Assembly: GCA_002269645.1 (NCBI GenBank)
Contig: NIVC01001843.1
Location: forward strand, 167,008-231,007
Length of the DNA: 64,000 bases
Direction of reading: 5' to 3'
Source: Macrostomum lignano
Taxonomy: Eukaryota
The notes below the pieces were generated by a model, which worked only from the letters and a program-made list of their open reading frames with translations, did no database searches and had not been told where the DNA came from. Shown here piece after piece: positions 50,505 to 62,929 of the stretch. A program made the position numbers and the translations under genes. How positions within the stretch are numbered: the stretch's first letter is position 1; every line of letters starts with the position of its first letter.

Positions 50505-51095
50505 CAACAGGCTCAGCCTCATCACAGGCATTTGCCTCAGCATGGCGCTCCGACACTGCCGCCGCCACCGCAGCCGCCGCCTTCGTGGCTCCCGGGCATG
50601 GCTGGCATGTCCCAGACTGACATCTACGCGGCTAAGGCTGAGCAAACTTATCGAGATGAGGTTGAAAGCTATCGAAAATTTCGCGATCGAGCGCTTAGCG
50701 ACGCCGAGCGGACTCGCACAAGCTCGGAGGCCAGCCAGTTGTACGTGCTGATGAAGAAGCGACAGGCTATGGCCGCTGCTGCTGCAGCTTCCTCTACTGC
50801 CGCAACGGTTCCTCCTCAGCTGCCTGACGCCATGCCTCCGCCGGCGCACGCCGCCCCGCAGAAGAAGCCGTTGGTGCCTCAGGCGCCGCCTCCGCCGCCG
50901 CCTGCTTCGCCGCTGCAACAACAGCAGCAGCAGCAGCTGGCCGCTCTGGCCCAGTCTATGCAGCACAAGCACCCTCACCTGCATGGCCAGCTCAAGCCGC
51001 ATCACTCTCATCAGCACAGTCAGTCACAGCAGCAGCAGCAGCAGCAAGTTCAACAACAAATCAATTTTGTTGCTGATATACACGCTAAATTGCTA

Positions 51096-51135
<40 letters not shown>

Positions 51136-52301
51136 CGCATCATCATCATCATCATCATCATCATCACCGTCAGCAGACATCAGCGGCATCTTATCAAACG
51201 AATACAACAGCTACTGTTGCGTCAGCCAGCATCAGCAGCAGTGGCAACGGGTTTGTCTCTAGCGACTCAGCTGGTATTCATCGGCGCAGCTCCAGTTTTG
51301 GTAGCTCGTCAGCTATTGCCGCTGAACGGCACCCATTGTTAACAGAGCAGCAGCAGCAGCAGAAACCACAGCAGCCACAGCAGCAGCAGCAACAGATATC
51401 AGCCGCAAGCAGAGGCTCAGCTTTGCTGGCAGCAGCCGCTACGCCTGAGAAAACTGTCACCGCTGCCAAATTAATAGACGTTATTATTCACAACCAGATT
51501 GTTAGCAATCTGCATTCGCCTCCGCAGCAGCAGCAACAGCAGCAGAAGCAACAATCTCAGCAGCAGCATCAACAGCCACACCGTCCCAGAGCAAACAGCA
51601 GTGCAGCTACGGTTGGCAATTCGTCAGCAGGCACCGCCGGCAGCCTAAGCGTGCTCACATTTGGCGATCATATTGAGAAAATAATTTGCGACGATTTTAA
51701 ATTAGATAAACAACAGCAACAGCAGAAGAAGAAAGAAGAGCAGCAACAGGCTGCTGCTGAGAAGGCCGATTCGGATTCGGGCTCGACTGCGGCAGCCGCG
51801 CCACGCAGCCAGTCGGGCACGCCAACAGGCAAGCACTGGTCAGACGTTGCTAAAACTTTGCACAAAAGTATCGAACAGCAAATCTTACAGAACCAGCAGG
51901 CTTCTTCTAGTAGCAGCAATAATGCTTCAGGCGATGCTAGCAGGCCAATAAAAAAACGATTCATGTTCGGCTCGTCCGTGTCGGCTCCGACTGTCGACGA
52001 GGCGACGCCCGCTAGACAGGCAACTCCGCCGAGTGCTCCAGCTGTGCAGCAAAGCTCCGCTGCAGATGCTGCTGCTGCTGCTGCTGCTGCCCAGTCAAAA
52101 GCAGAGGAGCAGCCGGAAGCCCAGCCTACCAATGCTACAGCTGCGTCTGATCGAACAGCTCAAGAATCTCTAAACTCCGATACAGTCAGTCAAGAAGCAG
52201 AGGGAAAACAGGAGCAGCAACAACAGCAGCAGTCCTCTTCTGCCGCCACCAGTCCGGGAGACTTGCAGATCGATTTAGAAGCCAAAGTGTCTGATACCTA
52301 A
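45726..52301 (+). CDS. NCOR: Nuclear receptor co-repressor (NCoR/SMRT/SMRTER family), 3 exons, about 1520 aa after inferred frame corrections
   Basis: Exons are 45726-46281, 46855-47089 and 48538-52301. YHPQ|VEAISP spans the intron 2 junction. The GPS2-binding and coiled-coil region includes IVAENRRKA, YNQPSD and YFERYFPELRK. The SANT/DAD reads WTEAERQIFREKFLVFGKNFSAIAAYLHGKSVSECVQFYYLTKK. CoRNR-like boxes are TAAKLIDVIIHNQI and TFGDHIEKIICDDF. Phase breaks occur at exon 1/2 and at ~49633, and the start codon is uncertain. Confidence 0.9.
46340..46825. repeat. 34-bp minisatellite GAGCTGACATCCCAGCAGTTTATCATTGGGTT(TC/GC) filling NCoR intron 1
   Basis: About 14 units. Confidence 0.97.
47330..48330. 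repeat. 24-bp minisatellite GATAAATTATGGATGATATTTCGG in NCoR intron 2
   Basis: About 40 units, including a duplicated block of about 300 bp (47340-47640 and 47640-47940). Confidence 0.96.
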
Positions 52302-52344
52302 TCTATTAGATTGCGTTATTAAAACAAAAGAGAGAAGAATATTT

Positions 52345-52350
52345 AATAAA
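52345..52350 (+). promoter_or_regulatory. Candidate polyadenylation signal AATAAA of the NCoR-like gene
   Basis: Canonical hexamer 44 nt after the stop codon. Confidence 0.5.
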
Positions 52351-52549
52351 AAAATGCGTTGTCAGTCATTCCATGTCGTCATGTTAGCCATGCTTTTGTG
52401 CAGCTTTCTGTAGAACCTGTCTCAGCCTGCCGCCCAAAGAGACAGTTGTTTTTAAATTAAAACTTCCTTTTTTAACTCACTGTCTGTCTGCTTGCTTTAT
52501 AGACGTTTCTCCCGGTCAAGTTGCGAAATAACCGAAGCAAGACTTGGCA

Positions 52550-54490
52550 CCCCTGGGTTAGAGTGCTCGGTCCTCCGTCTCTCCTGGGTTAGAGTGCTCG
52601 GTCCTTCGTCTCTCCTGGGTTAGAGTGCTCGGTCCTCCGTCACTCCTGGGTTAGAGTGCTCGGCACTCGGTCACTCCTGGGTTAGAGTGAATTAAAACTC
52701 GGTTTAATTAAAACTTCTTTTTTTAACTCACTGTCTGTCTGCTTGCTTTATAGACGTTTCTCCCGGTCAAGTTGCGAAATAACCGAAGCAAGACTTGGCA
52801 CCCCTGGGTTAGAGTGCTCGGTCCTCCGTCTCTCCTGGGTTAGAGTGCTCGGTCCTTCGTCTCTCCTGGGTTAGAGTGCTCGGTCCTCCGTCACTCCTGG
52901 GTTAGAGTGCTCGGCACTCGGTCACTCCTGGGTTAGAGTGCTCGGTCCTCCGTCTCTCCTGGGTTAGAGTGCTCGGTCCTCCGTCTCTCCTGGGTTAGAG
53001 TGCTCGGTCCTCCGTCTCTCCTGGGTTAGAGTGCTCGGTCCTCCGTCTCTCCTGGGTTAGAGTGCTCGGTCCTCCGTCTCTCCTGGGTTAGAGTGCTCGG
53101 TCCTCCGTCTCTCCTGGGTTAGAGTGCTCGGTCCTCCGTCTCTCCTGGGTTAGAGTGCTCGGTCCTCCGTCTCTCCTGGGTTAGAGTGCTCGGTCCTCCG
53201 TCTCTCCTGGGTTAGAGTGCTCGGTCCTCCGTCTCTCCTGGTTAGAGTGCTCGGTCCTCCGTCTCTCCTGGGTTAGAGTGCTCGGTCCTCCGTCTCTCCT
53301 GGGTTAGAGTGCTCGGTCCTCCGTCTCTCCTGGGTTAGAGTGCTCGGTCCTCCGTCTCTCCTGGGTTAGAGTGCTCGGTCCTCCGTCTCTCCTGGGTTAG
53401 AGTGCTCGGTCCTCCGTCTCTCCTGGGTTAGAGTGCTCGGTCCTCCGTCTCTCCTGGGTTAGAGTGCTCGGTCCTCCGTCTCTCCTGGGTTAGAGTGCTC
53501 GGTCCTCCGTCTCTCCTGGGTTAGAGTGCTCGGTCCTCCGTCTCTCCTGGGTTAGAGTGCTCGGTCCTCCGTCTCTCCTGGGTTAGAGTGCTCGGTCCTC
53601 CGTCTCTCCTGGGTTAGAGTGCTCGGTCCTCCGTCTCTCCTGGGTTAGAGTGCTCGGTCTCCGTCTCTCCTGGGTTAGAGTGCTCGGTCCTCCGTCTCTC
53701 CTGGTTAGAGTGCTCGGTCCTCCGTCTCTCCTGGGTTAGAGTGCTCGGTCCTCCGTCTCTCCTGGGTTAGAGTGCTCGGTCCTCCGTCTCTCCTGGGTTA
53801 GAGTGCTCGGTCCTCCGTCTCTCCTGGGTTAGAGTGCTCGGTCTCCGTCTCTCCTGGGTTAGAGTGCTCGGTCCTCCGTCTCTCCTGGGTTAGAGTGCTC
53901 GGTCCTCCGTCTCTCCTGGGTTAGAGTGCTCGGTCCTCCGTCTCTCCTGGGTTAGAGTGCTCGGTCCTCCGTCTCTCCTTGGTTAGAGTGCTCGGTCCTC
54001 CGTCTCTCCTGGGTTAGAGTGCTCGGTCCTCCGTCTCTCCTGGGTTAGAGTGCTCGGTCCTCCGTCTCTCCTGGGTTAGAGTTCTCGGTCCTCCGTCTCT
54101 CCTGGGTTAGAGTGCTCGGTCTTCCGTCTCTCCTGGGTTAGAGTGCTCGGTCCTCCGTCTCTCCTGGGTTAGAGTGCTCGGTCCTCCGTCTCTCCTGGGT
54201 TAGAGTGCTCGGTCCTCCGTCTCTCCTGGGTTAGAGTGCTCGGTCTTCCGTCTCTCCTGTTAGAGTGCTCGGTCCTCCGTCTCTCCTGGGTTAGAGTGCT
54301 CGGTCCTCCGTCTCTCCTGGGTTAGAGTGCTCGGTCCTCCGTCTCTTCTGGGTTAGAGTGCTCGGTCCTCCGTCTCTCCTGGGTTAGAGTGCTCGGTCCT
54401 CCGTCTCTCCTGGGTTAGAGTGCTCGGTCTCCGTCTCTCCTTGGTTAGACTTCTCGGTACTCGCTCACTCCTGGGTTAGAGTGCTCGGTA
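52550..54490. repeat. 31-bp satellite CTCCTGGGTTAGAGTGCTCGGTCCTCCGTCT with a duplicated left flank
   Basis: More than 50 highly homogeneous units. Segment ~52455-52688 is repeated at ~52706-52938. Confidence 0.97.
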
Positions 54491-54629
54491 CTCGCTCACT
54501 CGGAAGTGAGTAAACCAATATTTGCATTTGACCTGGCTTCTTGACCGGAAAAACCTATATATGCATGCGTGTGTCTATTTTGTTCTCACTAAACTATCAT
54601 TTTGCCAAATGATAATAAATGTAAAATGA

Positions 54630-54668
<39 letters not shown>

Positions 54669-55774
54669 ATAGCAAACTTGAAAATTCTGCGTTTGTAGTG
54701 TAATCAATAATCAACTTTATGCACTTGTACGTTTGTATTTTTGATCAATAATTTTTCTTTGTCACTAATAAATGACCGTCCGTATTTAATAATAATTATT
54801 ATTATTGTGGCTGTCTGCCGTGGCTTAAATCGTTTTGTTATGTCATATTTTAAATGATGTAATGTGCATCACTTTATAAATGGTATATTTATAAAGTATT
54901 AGTTACTGGTATTGTGATTTTTATTCAATATTGTAATCCATCTGTTTTAACAAATATTAAAGTTCCAAGACTATTGCTACTCACAGTTATAGTTGCAAGA
55001 AGACCGCGATTCCTTTCTCGGAATGGTTAATTAGAAATATGTGCATACTGAAACTATAAAATATAGATATGTTTGTTTGTTTTATTAAACTGAGGCTGTC
55101 ACTATTTAGTTACTGTTGGTGCACTTGTGCTAAAATACGCGTATATCTAAATGTGTACCGAGTGTAAACATTGTGCTAAACCTATTTTTTAACAAAAGTA
55201 GGAAAAATACCTAGTGTTACATGCCCTTAGAGTTCAATGTCTCGTACCTTGTGTTCCTTTGCATCTTTTCATGCGTTTTCAAGATTATTTCTAGAAAAAA
55301 TAATGAAAATAATTTTTTAAACTCTACTCTGTGTGTGCATCCATTGGTTAGTACGTTTGTTGCATTGTTGTAGATTAATATATATTGTGTGTGCTCTGCT
55401 GCGCGCGGTTACTATCGGTAACTAATATTGTTTACGATCAAAAACTATATATTTAACATAATAAGATCATGTACGAATCAATGTTGAATATCGCGCTGGA
55501 TAATACAGCGGTGACAAATTATTAAAAAAAAGACTTTTTATGAGGCTATATATGTGGCTATGGATTTTCGAGAGGTTTGTCTTTATTTATTTAATTGGTA
55601 ATTACGGCGCTCTTGTAGAAGCAGCACCTCTGTCAGTTAGTATGGACAGTTGAGAAAATACTGCTGCAAGTTGATAATATTAATTATGATTATAATTAAC
55701 TGGGTAGTTAGTTAGATTTCACTGACGAGCTAAATACATTTTCTCTGTAGATAACCATAATTTTCTGGGTAGCT

Positions 55775-56985
55775 AATTAAAATTTGTTCGGTAGCTAATT
55801 AGAATTTGTTCGGTAGCTAATTAGAGTTTGTTCGTTAGCTAATTAGAATATGTTCGGTAGCTAATTAGAATTTGTTCGGTTGGTAATTAGAATTTGTTCG
55901 GTAGCTAATTAGAAATTGTTCGGTAGCTAATTAGAATTTGTTCGGTAACTAATTAGAAATTGTTCGGTAGCTAATTAGAATTTGTTCGGTAACTAATTAG
56001 CATTTGTTCGGTAGCTAATTAGAATTTGTTCGGTAACTAATTAGCATTTGTTCGGTAGCTAATTAGAATTTGTTCGGTAGCTAGTTAGAATTTGTTCGGT
56101 AGATTGTTAGAATTTGTTCGGTAGCTAATTAGAATTTGTTCGGTAGCTAATTAGAATTTGTTGGGTAGCTAATTAGAAATTGTTCGGTAGCTAATTAGCA
56201 TTTGTTCGGTAGCTAATTAGAATTTGTTCGGTAACTAATTAGCATTTGTTCGGTAGCTAATTAGAATTTGTTCGGTAGCTAGTTAGAATTTGTTCGGTAG
56301 ATTGTTAGAATTTGTTCGGTAGCTAATTAGAATGCTTCGGTAGCTAATTAGAATTTGTTCTAGATTGTTAGAATTTGTTCGGTAGCTAATTAGAATTTGT
56401 TCGGTAGCTAGTTAGAATTTGTTCGGTAGCTAATTAGAATTTGTTCAGTAGATTGTTAGAATTTTTCGGTAGCTAATTAGAATTTGTTTGGTAGCTAGTT
56501 AGAATTTGTTCGGTAGCTAATTAGAAATTGTTCAGTAGTTAATTAGAATTTTTTCGGTAGCTGATTAGAATTTGTTCGGTAGCTAATTAGAATTTGTTCA
56601 GTAGCTAATTAGAAATTGTTCGGTAGCTGATTAGAATTTGTTCGGTAGCTAATTAGAATTTGTTCGGTAGATTAGAATTTGTTCGGTAGCTAATTAGAAT
56701 TTGTTCGGTAGCTAGCTAATTAGAATTTGTTCAGGATTGGTTTTTCGGTAGCTAATTAGAATTTGTTCTAGTTAGTAGCTAATTAGAAATTGTGTTCAGT
56801 ATTAGAATTTGTTCGGTAGCTAATTAGAATTTGTTCGTTAACTAGATTAGAATTTGTTGGGTAGCTAATTAGAATTTGTTCGGTTGGTAATTAGAATTTG
56901 TTCGGTAGCTAATTAGAATTTGTTCAGTAGGTAATTAGAATTTGTTCGTTAACTGATTAGAATTTGTTGGGTAGCTAATCAAAGT
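55775..56985. repeat. 22-bp minisatellite TAGAATTTGTTCGGTAGCTAAT upstream of SLC38A10
   Basis: About 50 units. Confidence 0.96.
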
Positions 56986-57159
56986 TCGCTGGTAGTATAG
57001 GTTGTTAACTGGTTCAGTGTAGTAATAAAAGTTAATTAGCTGAATAATATGATAGTCAAGGATTGACAGTTGTAAATATTGGAATAAATGAGCTGTCTAA
57101 TTAAATACAAATACGGATGCAATGTCTTTATATGCCTTGTTTGCATGCGAAATCTTCAA

Positions 57160-59168
57160 ATGGGAGAAGTTCGCGATGCAGCCATCACCCTTAGCAACAG
57201 CATTATCGGTGTGGCAATTCTCGCTATGCCCTACTGCTTTGCCCAGGTGTGTGTGTTGCCAATGATGCTTTTGCATATGAAAATCACTTTGCGTTGTATT
57301 TAATAACTAGCATTAGTTGACGGGTTTCAGCTGGTTCTGTTCGAGCTTGATGATGGATTCTGTCAATAATTCACGTCTATTCATAAATCCGTGTTTTAGA
57401 TCTTATTCAGTAGATCTTTTATTTATAGATCTTATTCAGTAGATCTTGTAGTTCTAGATCTATTCAGTAGATCTTGTAGTTCTAGATCTATTAGTTCTAG
57501 ATGTATTCAGTAGATCTTGTAGTTCTAGATGTATTCAGTAGATCTTGTAGTTCTAGATGTATTCAGTAGATCTTGTAGTTCTAGATCTATTCAGTAGATC
57601 TTGTAGTTCTAGATCTATTCAGTAGATCTTGTAGTTCTAGATCTATTCAGTAGATCTTGTAGTTCTAGATGTATTCAGTAGATCTTGTAGTTCTAGATGT
57701 ATTCAGTAGATCTTGTAGTTCTAGATCTATTCAGTAGATCTTGTAGTTCTAGATCTATTCAGTAGATCTTGTAGTTCTAGATCTATTCAGTAGATCTTGT
57801 AGTTCTAGATCTATTCAGTAGATCTTGTAGTTCTAGATCTATTCAGTAGATCTTGTAGTTCTAGATCTATTCAGTAGATCTTGTAGTTCTAGATCTATTC
57901 AGTAGATCTTGTAGTTCTAGATCTATTCAGTAGATCTTGTAGTTCTAGATCTATTCAGTAGATCTTGTAGTTCTAGATCTATTCAGTAGATCTTGTAGTT
58001 CTAGATCTATTCAGTAGATCTTGTAGTTATAGATCTTGTAGTTATAGATCTATTCAGTAGATCTTGTAGTTCTAGATGTATTCAGTAGATCTTGTAGTTC
58101 TAGATCTATTCAATAGATCTTGTAGTTCTAGATGTATTCAGTAGATCTTGTAGTTCTAGATGTATTCAGTAGATCTTGTAGTTCTAGATCTATTCAGTAG
58201 ATCTTGTAGTTCTAGATCTATTCAGTAGATCTTGTAGTTCTAGATCTTGTAGTTATAGATCTTGTAGTTATAGATCTATTCAATAGATCTTGTAGTTCTA
58301 GATGTAGTTCAGTAGATCTTGTAGTTATAGATCTATTCTAGATCTTGTAGTTCTAGATGTATTCAGTAGATCTTGTAGTTCTAGATGTATTCAGTAGATC
58401 TTGTAGTTCTAGATCTATTAGTAGATCTTGTAGTTCTAGATGTATTCAGTAGATCTTGTAGTTCTAGATCTATTCAGTAGATCTTGTAGTTCTAGATCTA
58501 TTCAGTAGATCTTGTAGTTCTAGATCTATTCAGTAGATCTTGTAGTTCTAGATCTATTCAGTAGATCTTGTAGTTCTAGATCTATTCAGTAGATCTTGTA
58601 GTTCTAGATCTATTCAGTAGATCTTGTAGTTCTAGATCTATGTAGTAGATCTTGTAGTTATAGATCTATTCAGTAGATCTTGTAGTTCTAGATGTAGATC
58701 TTGTAGTTCTAGATGTATTCAGTAGATCTGTAATTAGACTCTTATCACTATGGGATGCTGCAGAGGCAGACTATTCCCATATGACCATTGCGCAGCAGAT
58801 GATTTTCTAGCCTGCCGGGATGCACAATTTCCTTTCGTAAATTAGAACAATAATTAAGTTGTTTTTAAGCATAAAATGTTGAATTACTCGATAAATTAAT
58901 ATATGCAGCACTAGAAATGCTTAATTAATTAGCTCGTATTGCGAGTTTTGTCACGATCTAGCTGGGACACTTTTTTAAGTTCCGAAGGTTTATCTTATTT
59001 CTGCGAAATTATGTATAGTTCTCTATACTTCTCTACTACTAACGATGATACTTTAAGAGGGGTCGCCAAGCTGTGTGCTAACCAGTTTTTAGTATTGTAG
59101 TTAGCTAGTTCTAGTGCCTATCGTTTCCATGGTTTAAGCTGGCTGAATCCTCTGTTTCTTATGCTAAA

Positions 59169-59203
<35 letters not shown>

Positions 59204-59205
59204 GC

Positions 59206-59236
<31 letters not shown>

Positions 59237-61963
59237 CCTGTCTGTCTGTCTGTCTGCCTGCCTGTCTGTCTGTCTGTCTGCCTGTCTGTCTGTCTGTCTG
59301 TCTATGTGTCTGTATTTATATCTGTCTGTCTAAGTGTCTGTCTGTCTGCCTGTCTATCTGTTTTTTCTTCTGTCTTCCGTCTGCCTGCGTATCTGCCTGT
59401 CTACCTCTTAGTCCTGGTCAATAGTCAATCATTATAACCATGCACCAGTTATCCAGTAAGCAATCACGTTATGAACGCACTAGAAACGCTAATTAAAAGT
59501 TACGACCTAAAAAGTTACAGATTTTGGTTTCACTCGCAGTGCTCTGCATCTTTAACATAATGTCTAGCATTGATTTGTCAATTTATTGCGCAGTTAGCAA
59601 TCTTCATTTTGCACTTTTAGTTTTCCGGCTGTGAGCAGCTTGGTGCCTCTGAGTTGAAAAATTATGAAACTCGAAATTCGAGCTCAGTCTGCTGATGAAG
59701 GTGGAGGGTGAACAGGGGAAGGAGGGCTTAACAGGGTTTCCCCAGCCTCTCTCGTTTTATCCCGAGAAGCTTTAAAGCTGATTAACGTTGCAACTGCCTT
59801 TGTGTCCCGGGAGAGTGGGCCTTCTCTAGTGTCTCTCAAATGATAAATTCTTTATAATCTGCTTCATAAAACCTAAGCAGGTGCCAGTGCAAGCCCAGTT
59901 TTAATCTTTTCGATTAATTCGGTGATAGGAACGTGTAAATGCATTTAGAATCATGGGCAGAGTTTTAGGGAGAGACGTATGTTGAGATTAGAGAGAGTCA
60001 ATGAGAGATCTAGATGTTGAGATTAGAGAGAGTCAATGAGAGATCTAGATGTTGAGATTAGAGAGAGTCAATGAGAGATCTAGATGTTGAGATTAGAGAG
60101 AGTCAATGAGGGATAGATGTTGAGATTAGAGAGAGTCCATGATAGATCTAGATGTTGAGATTAGAGAGAGTCAATGAGGGATAGATGTTGAGATTAGAGA
60201 GAGTCCATGAGAGATAGATGTATAGATTAGAGAGTCAAGATAGATGTTTGGATTAGAGAGAGTCAATGAGAGATGTTGAGTTTAGAGTGTCAAGGAGAGA
60301 TAAATGTATGGATTAGAGCGTGTCAATGAGAGATAGATGTATTTATTAGAGGGAGTCAATGAGAGATAGATGTTGAAATTGAAGAGAGTAAATAAGAGAT
60401 AGATGTATAGATTAGAGAATAGAGAGTCAAGATGGATGTTTGGATTAGAGAGAGTCAGTGAGAGATGTTGAGTTTAGAGTGTCAATGAGAGATAAATGTA
60501 TTTATTAGAGGGAGTCAATGAGAGATAGATGTTGAGATTGAAGAGAGTCAATAACAGATAGATGTATAGATTAGAGAATAGAGAGTCAAGATGGATGTTT
60601 GGATTAGAGAGAGTCAATGAGAGATGTTGAGTTTAGAGTGTCAGGGAGAGATAGATGTTGAGATTAGAGAGAATCAAGGAGATTGATTTTGAGTTTAGAT
60701 TGTCAAGGAAAGATAAATGTATGAATTAGAGAGGGAGTCAATGAGAGATATATGTTGAACTTAGAGGGAGTCAATGAGAGATAGATGTTGAGATTAGAGT
60801 TGGCGTCAAGGAGCGGTGTTCCATCGCTAAACGAATATATGATTAATGTCTATAAAATAACGTTGGCTGACTTCTTTTTTCTTCGATATGTTTCGCTGTG
60901 AAAGAAAGCTGTTGTTTTTTCTTTTTAATTTAGGGCAAAAACAGTGCCGGGCAGCAGGTCAATGGCTTCTTCTGTTGGCCGCATGTTTTCGTCTTACGAT
61001 GGCTTTTCTAGCTTTGTTTACGTTCGAGTTGATCACGGTTAACTGGCTACTCAGCTTGAGTAAGGGCTAAGAACTAATTCTAATTATGAAAACTAGTCTC
61101 AGTGTTGATGAAATACGGTTCAAATTCACTGTGAATGGTGCTCATAACTCAACTCAAAGCTGGTCTAAAAGACACTCATAAACTACCCTAAGAAGTGACT
61201 CATAAGCTACCCCAAGAAGTGACTCATAAACTACCTAAGAAGTGACTCATAAGCTACCCTAAGGAGTGACTCATAAGCTACCCTAAGGAGTGACTCATAA
61301 GCTAGTCTAAGGAGTGACTCATAAGCTAGTCTAAGAAGTGACTCATAAGCTACTCTAAAAATGACTCATAAGCTACTCTAAAAATGACTCATAAGCTACT
61401 CTAAAAATGACTCATAAGCTACTCTAAAAATGACTCATAAGCTACTCTAAAAAGTGACTCAAAAGCTAGCCTAAGAAGTGACTCATAAGCTAGCCTAAAA
61501 AGTGACTGATAAGCTACTCTAAGAAGGGCCTCATTCGTATTCCCGCCCACAGTGCGGCTTCATTCTAGCCACAATTTTGCTGGTCCTGTCCGGCCTAGCA
61601 ACTGTGCACTCCTGCAGCATGCTGCTGAAATCAGCCCTAGCAACTAAACGTAGAAGCTACGAGTTTCTGGCTCACCACGTGTACGGTCCGCTTGGTAAAG
61701 TTGCTGTCGAGTTCAGCTTGATTGGACTGTCAGTCGGAAGTCTGGTAGCATTTTTCGTCATCATTGGCGACCTGTGTCCTCAAGTGTTGGCGTCCTTATT
61801 AAATTTGTCGCCTAATATTGTTCAGACGCCAACTGGGCGAGCCGTTGTCATGGCAACCATTGCTCTGTGCGTTATTATGCCTCTGTCGATGATGCGAGAT
61901 CCGTCTGTGTTGTCTAAGATTAGCGCGGCTTCGCTTGCGTTCTACGCGATCTTCATGCTGCAC
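57160..61963 (+). CDS. SLC38A10: Sodium-coupled neutral amino acid transporter family member, exons 1-2 only (gene continues beyond the window)
   Basis: Exon 57160-57246 reads [29 protein letters not shown]. Exon 61553-61963 reads [14 protein letters not shown]...[40 protein letters not shown]...FFVIIGDL.... Both introns are phase-0 GT-AG. The motif pattern PYCFAQ|CG, KRRSY, GK..VE and IIGDL matches SLC38A10. Confidence 0.88.
57410..58735. repeat. 28-bp minisatellite AGATCTATTCAGTAGATCTTGTAGTTCT in SLC38A10 intron 1
   Basis: About 45 units. Confidence 0.97.
59165..59400. repeat. (CTGT)n microsatellite
   Basis: Direct reading. Confidence 0.95.
59975..60800. repeat. Purine-rich ~35-bp repeat GAGATTAGAGAGAGTCAATGAGAGATCTAGATGTT
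   Basis: About 22 increasingly diverged units. Confidence 0.9.
61170..61525. repeat. 23/24-bp repeat GACTCATAAGCTACTCTAAAAAT
   Basis: About 14 units ending about 27 bp before the acceptor at 61552. Confidence 0.94.
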
Positions 61964-62029
61964 GTGAGTTGGGGGGGGGGGCTACATGCAGGCCTTCAGC
62001 TGACTGGATGGGGTAGGGAGGGAGGTAGG

Positions 62030-62560
62030 GAGAGGTAGACTGCTCGATTGGGAGAGGTAGACTAGTAGATTGAGGTAGACTAGTAGATTGGAAGAGGTAA
62101 ACTAGTAGACAAAGAGAGGTAGATTGGGAGAGGTAGAGTAATAGGTTGGGATAGGTGCTAGTAGATTGGGAGGGGTGGACTAAGCAGACAGGGAGAGTTA
62201 GACTAAGTAGCAGGAAGAGATAGACTAAAGTGGATTTGGAGAGGTAGACTGGTAAATTGGAAAAGGTGAACTAGTAGATAAGGAGAGGTAGATTGGGAGA
62301 GTTAGACTAAGTAGACAGGGAGAGGGGAGAGGTAGACTAGCATATTGGGAGAGGTAGACTAAGTAGACAGGAGAGGGGGAGAGGTAAACTAATATATTGG
62401 GAGAGGTAGACTAATATATTGGGAGAGGTAGACTAAGATATTGGGAGAGGTAGACTAATATATTGGGAGAGGTAGACTAATATATTGGGAGAGGTAGACT
62501 AATATATTGGGAGAGGTAGACTAATATATTGGGAGAGGTAGACTAGCAGATAAAGAGAGA
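62030..62560. repeat. 22-bp purine-rich repeat GGGAGAGGTAGACTAATATATT in SLC38A10 intron 2
   Basis: Degenerate on the left and homogeneous at 62390-62545. Confidence 0.9.
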
Positions 62561-62929
62561 TTAGACAGTTAGACTGCTAGATAGACCAACTCCCTGTCAT
62601 TAGTGCCATGATGAGTCATCCCAATCGTGTAAAGCGCATTTATGCGCGCCCTGCCTCTTTTGAGTTATGTATTTAGAAATGATGCTGATTAATCCAGCAT
62701 TTTTGAGTCTCTGCCACCTGCTGGCTGCGAGGGCGGTTGGCTTTGACCCTGTTGCATTCCCCTTTCTTTTTTATCTCAAAAGAGATTAATGATGAGAGAG
62801 CTGTTATAGCTCAAAGTAGGCCTAATTGTATGATAATGAGACGTTGGCGAGTATTTTCGAGTACCTTAGCGTTGAGTATTACTTTCGAGTTTGTGAGAAT
62901 TTACAATTATAACAATAGTATATATTAGT

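Noticed and set aside
50118-52132. Minus-strand Leu/Cys-rich ORFs over NCoR
   Set aside because: They are antisense shadows of CAG/GCA-rich codons.
49776-52301. ORF 49776-52301 as a separate gene from ORF 48526-49950
   Set aside because: It carries the CoRNR boxes that belong with the upstream SANT region, and its frame is open back to the poly-Ala, so one frameshifted gene is simpler.
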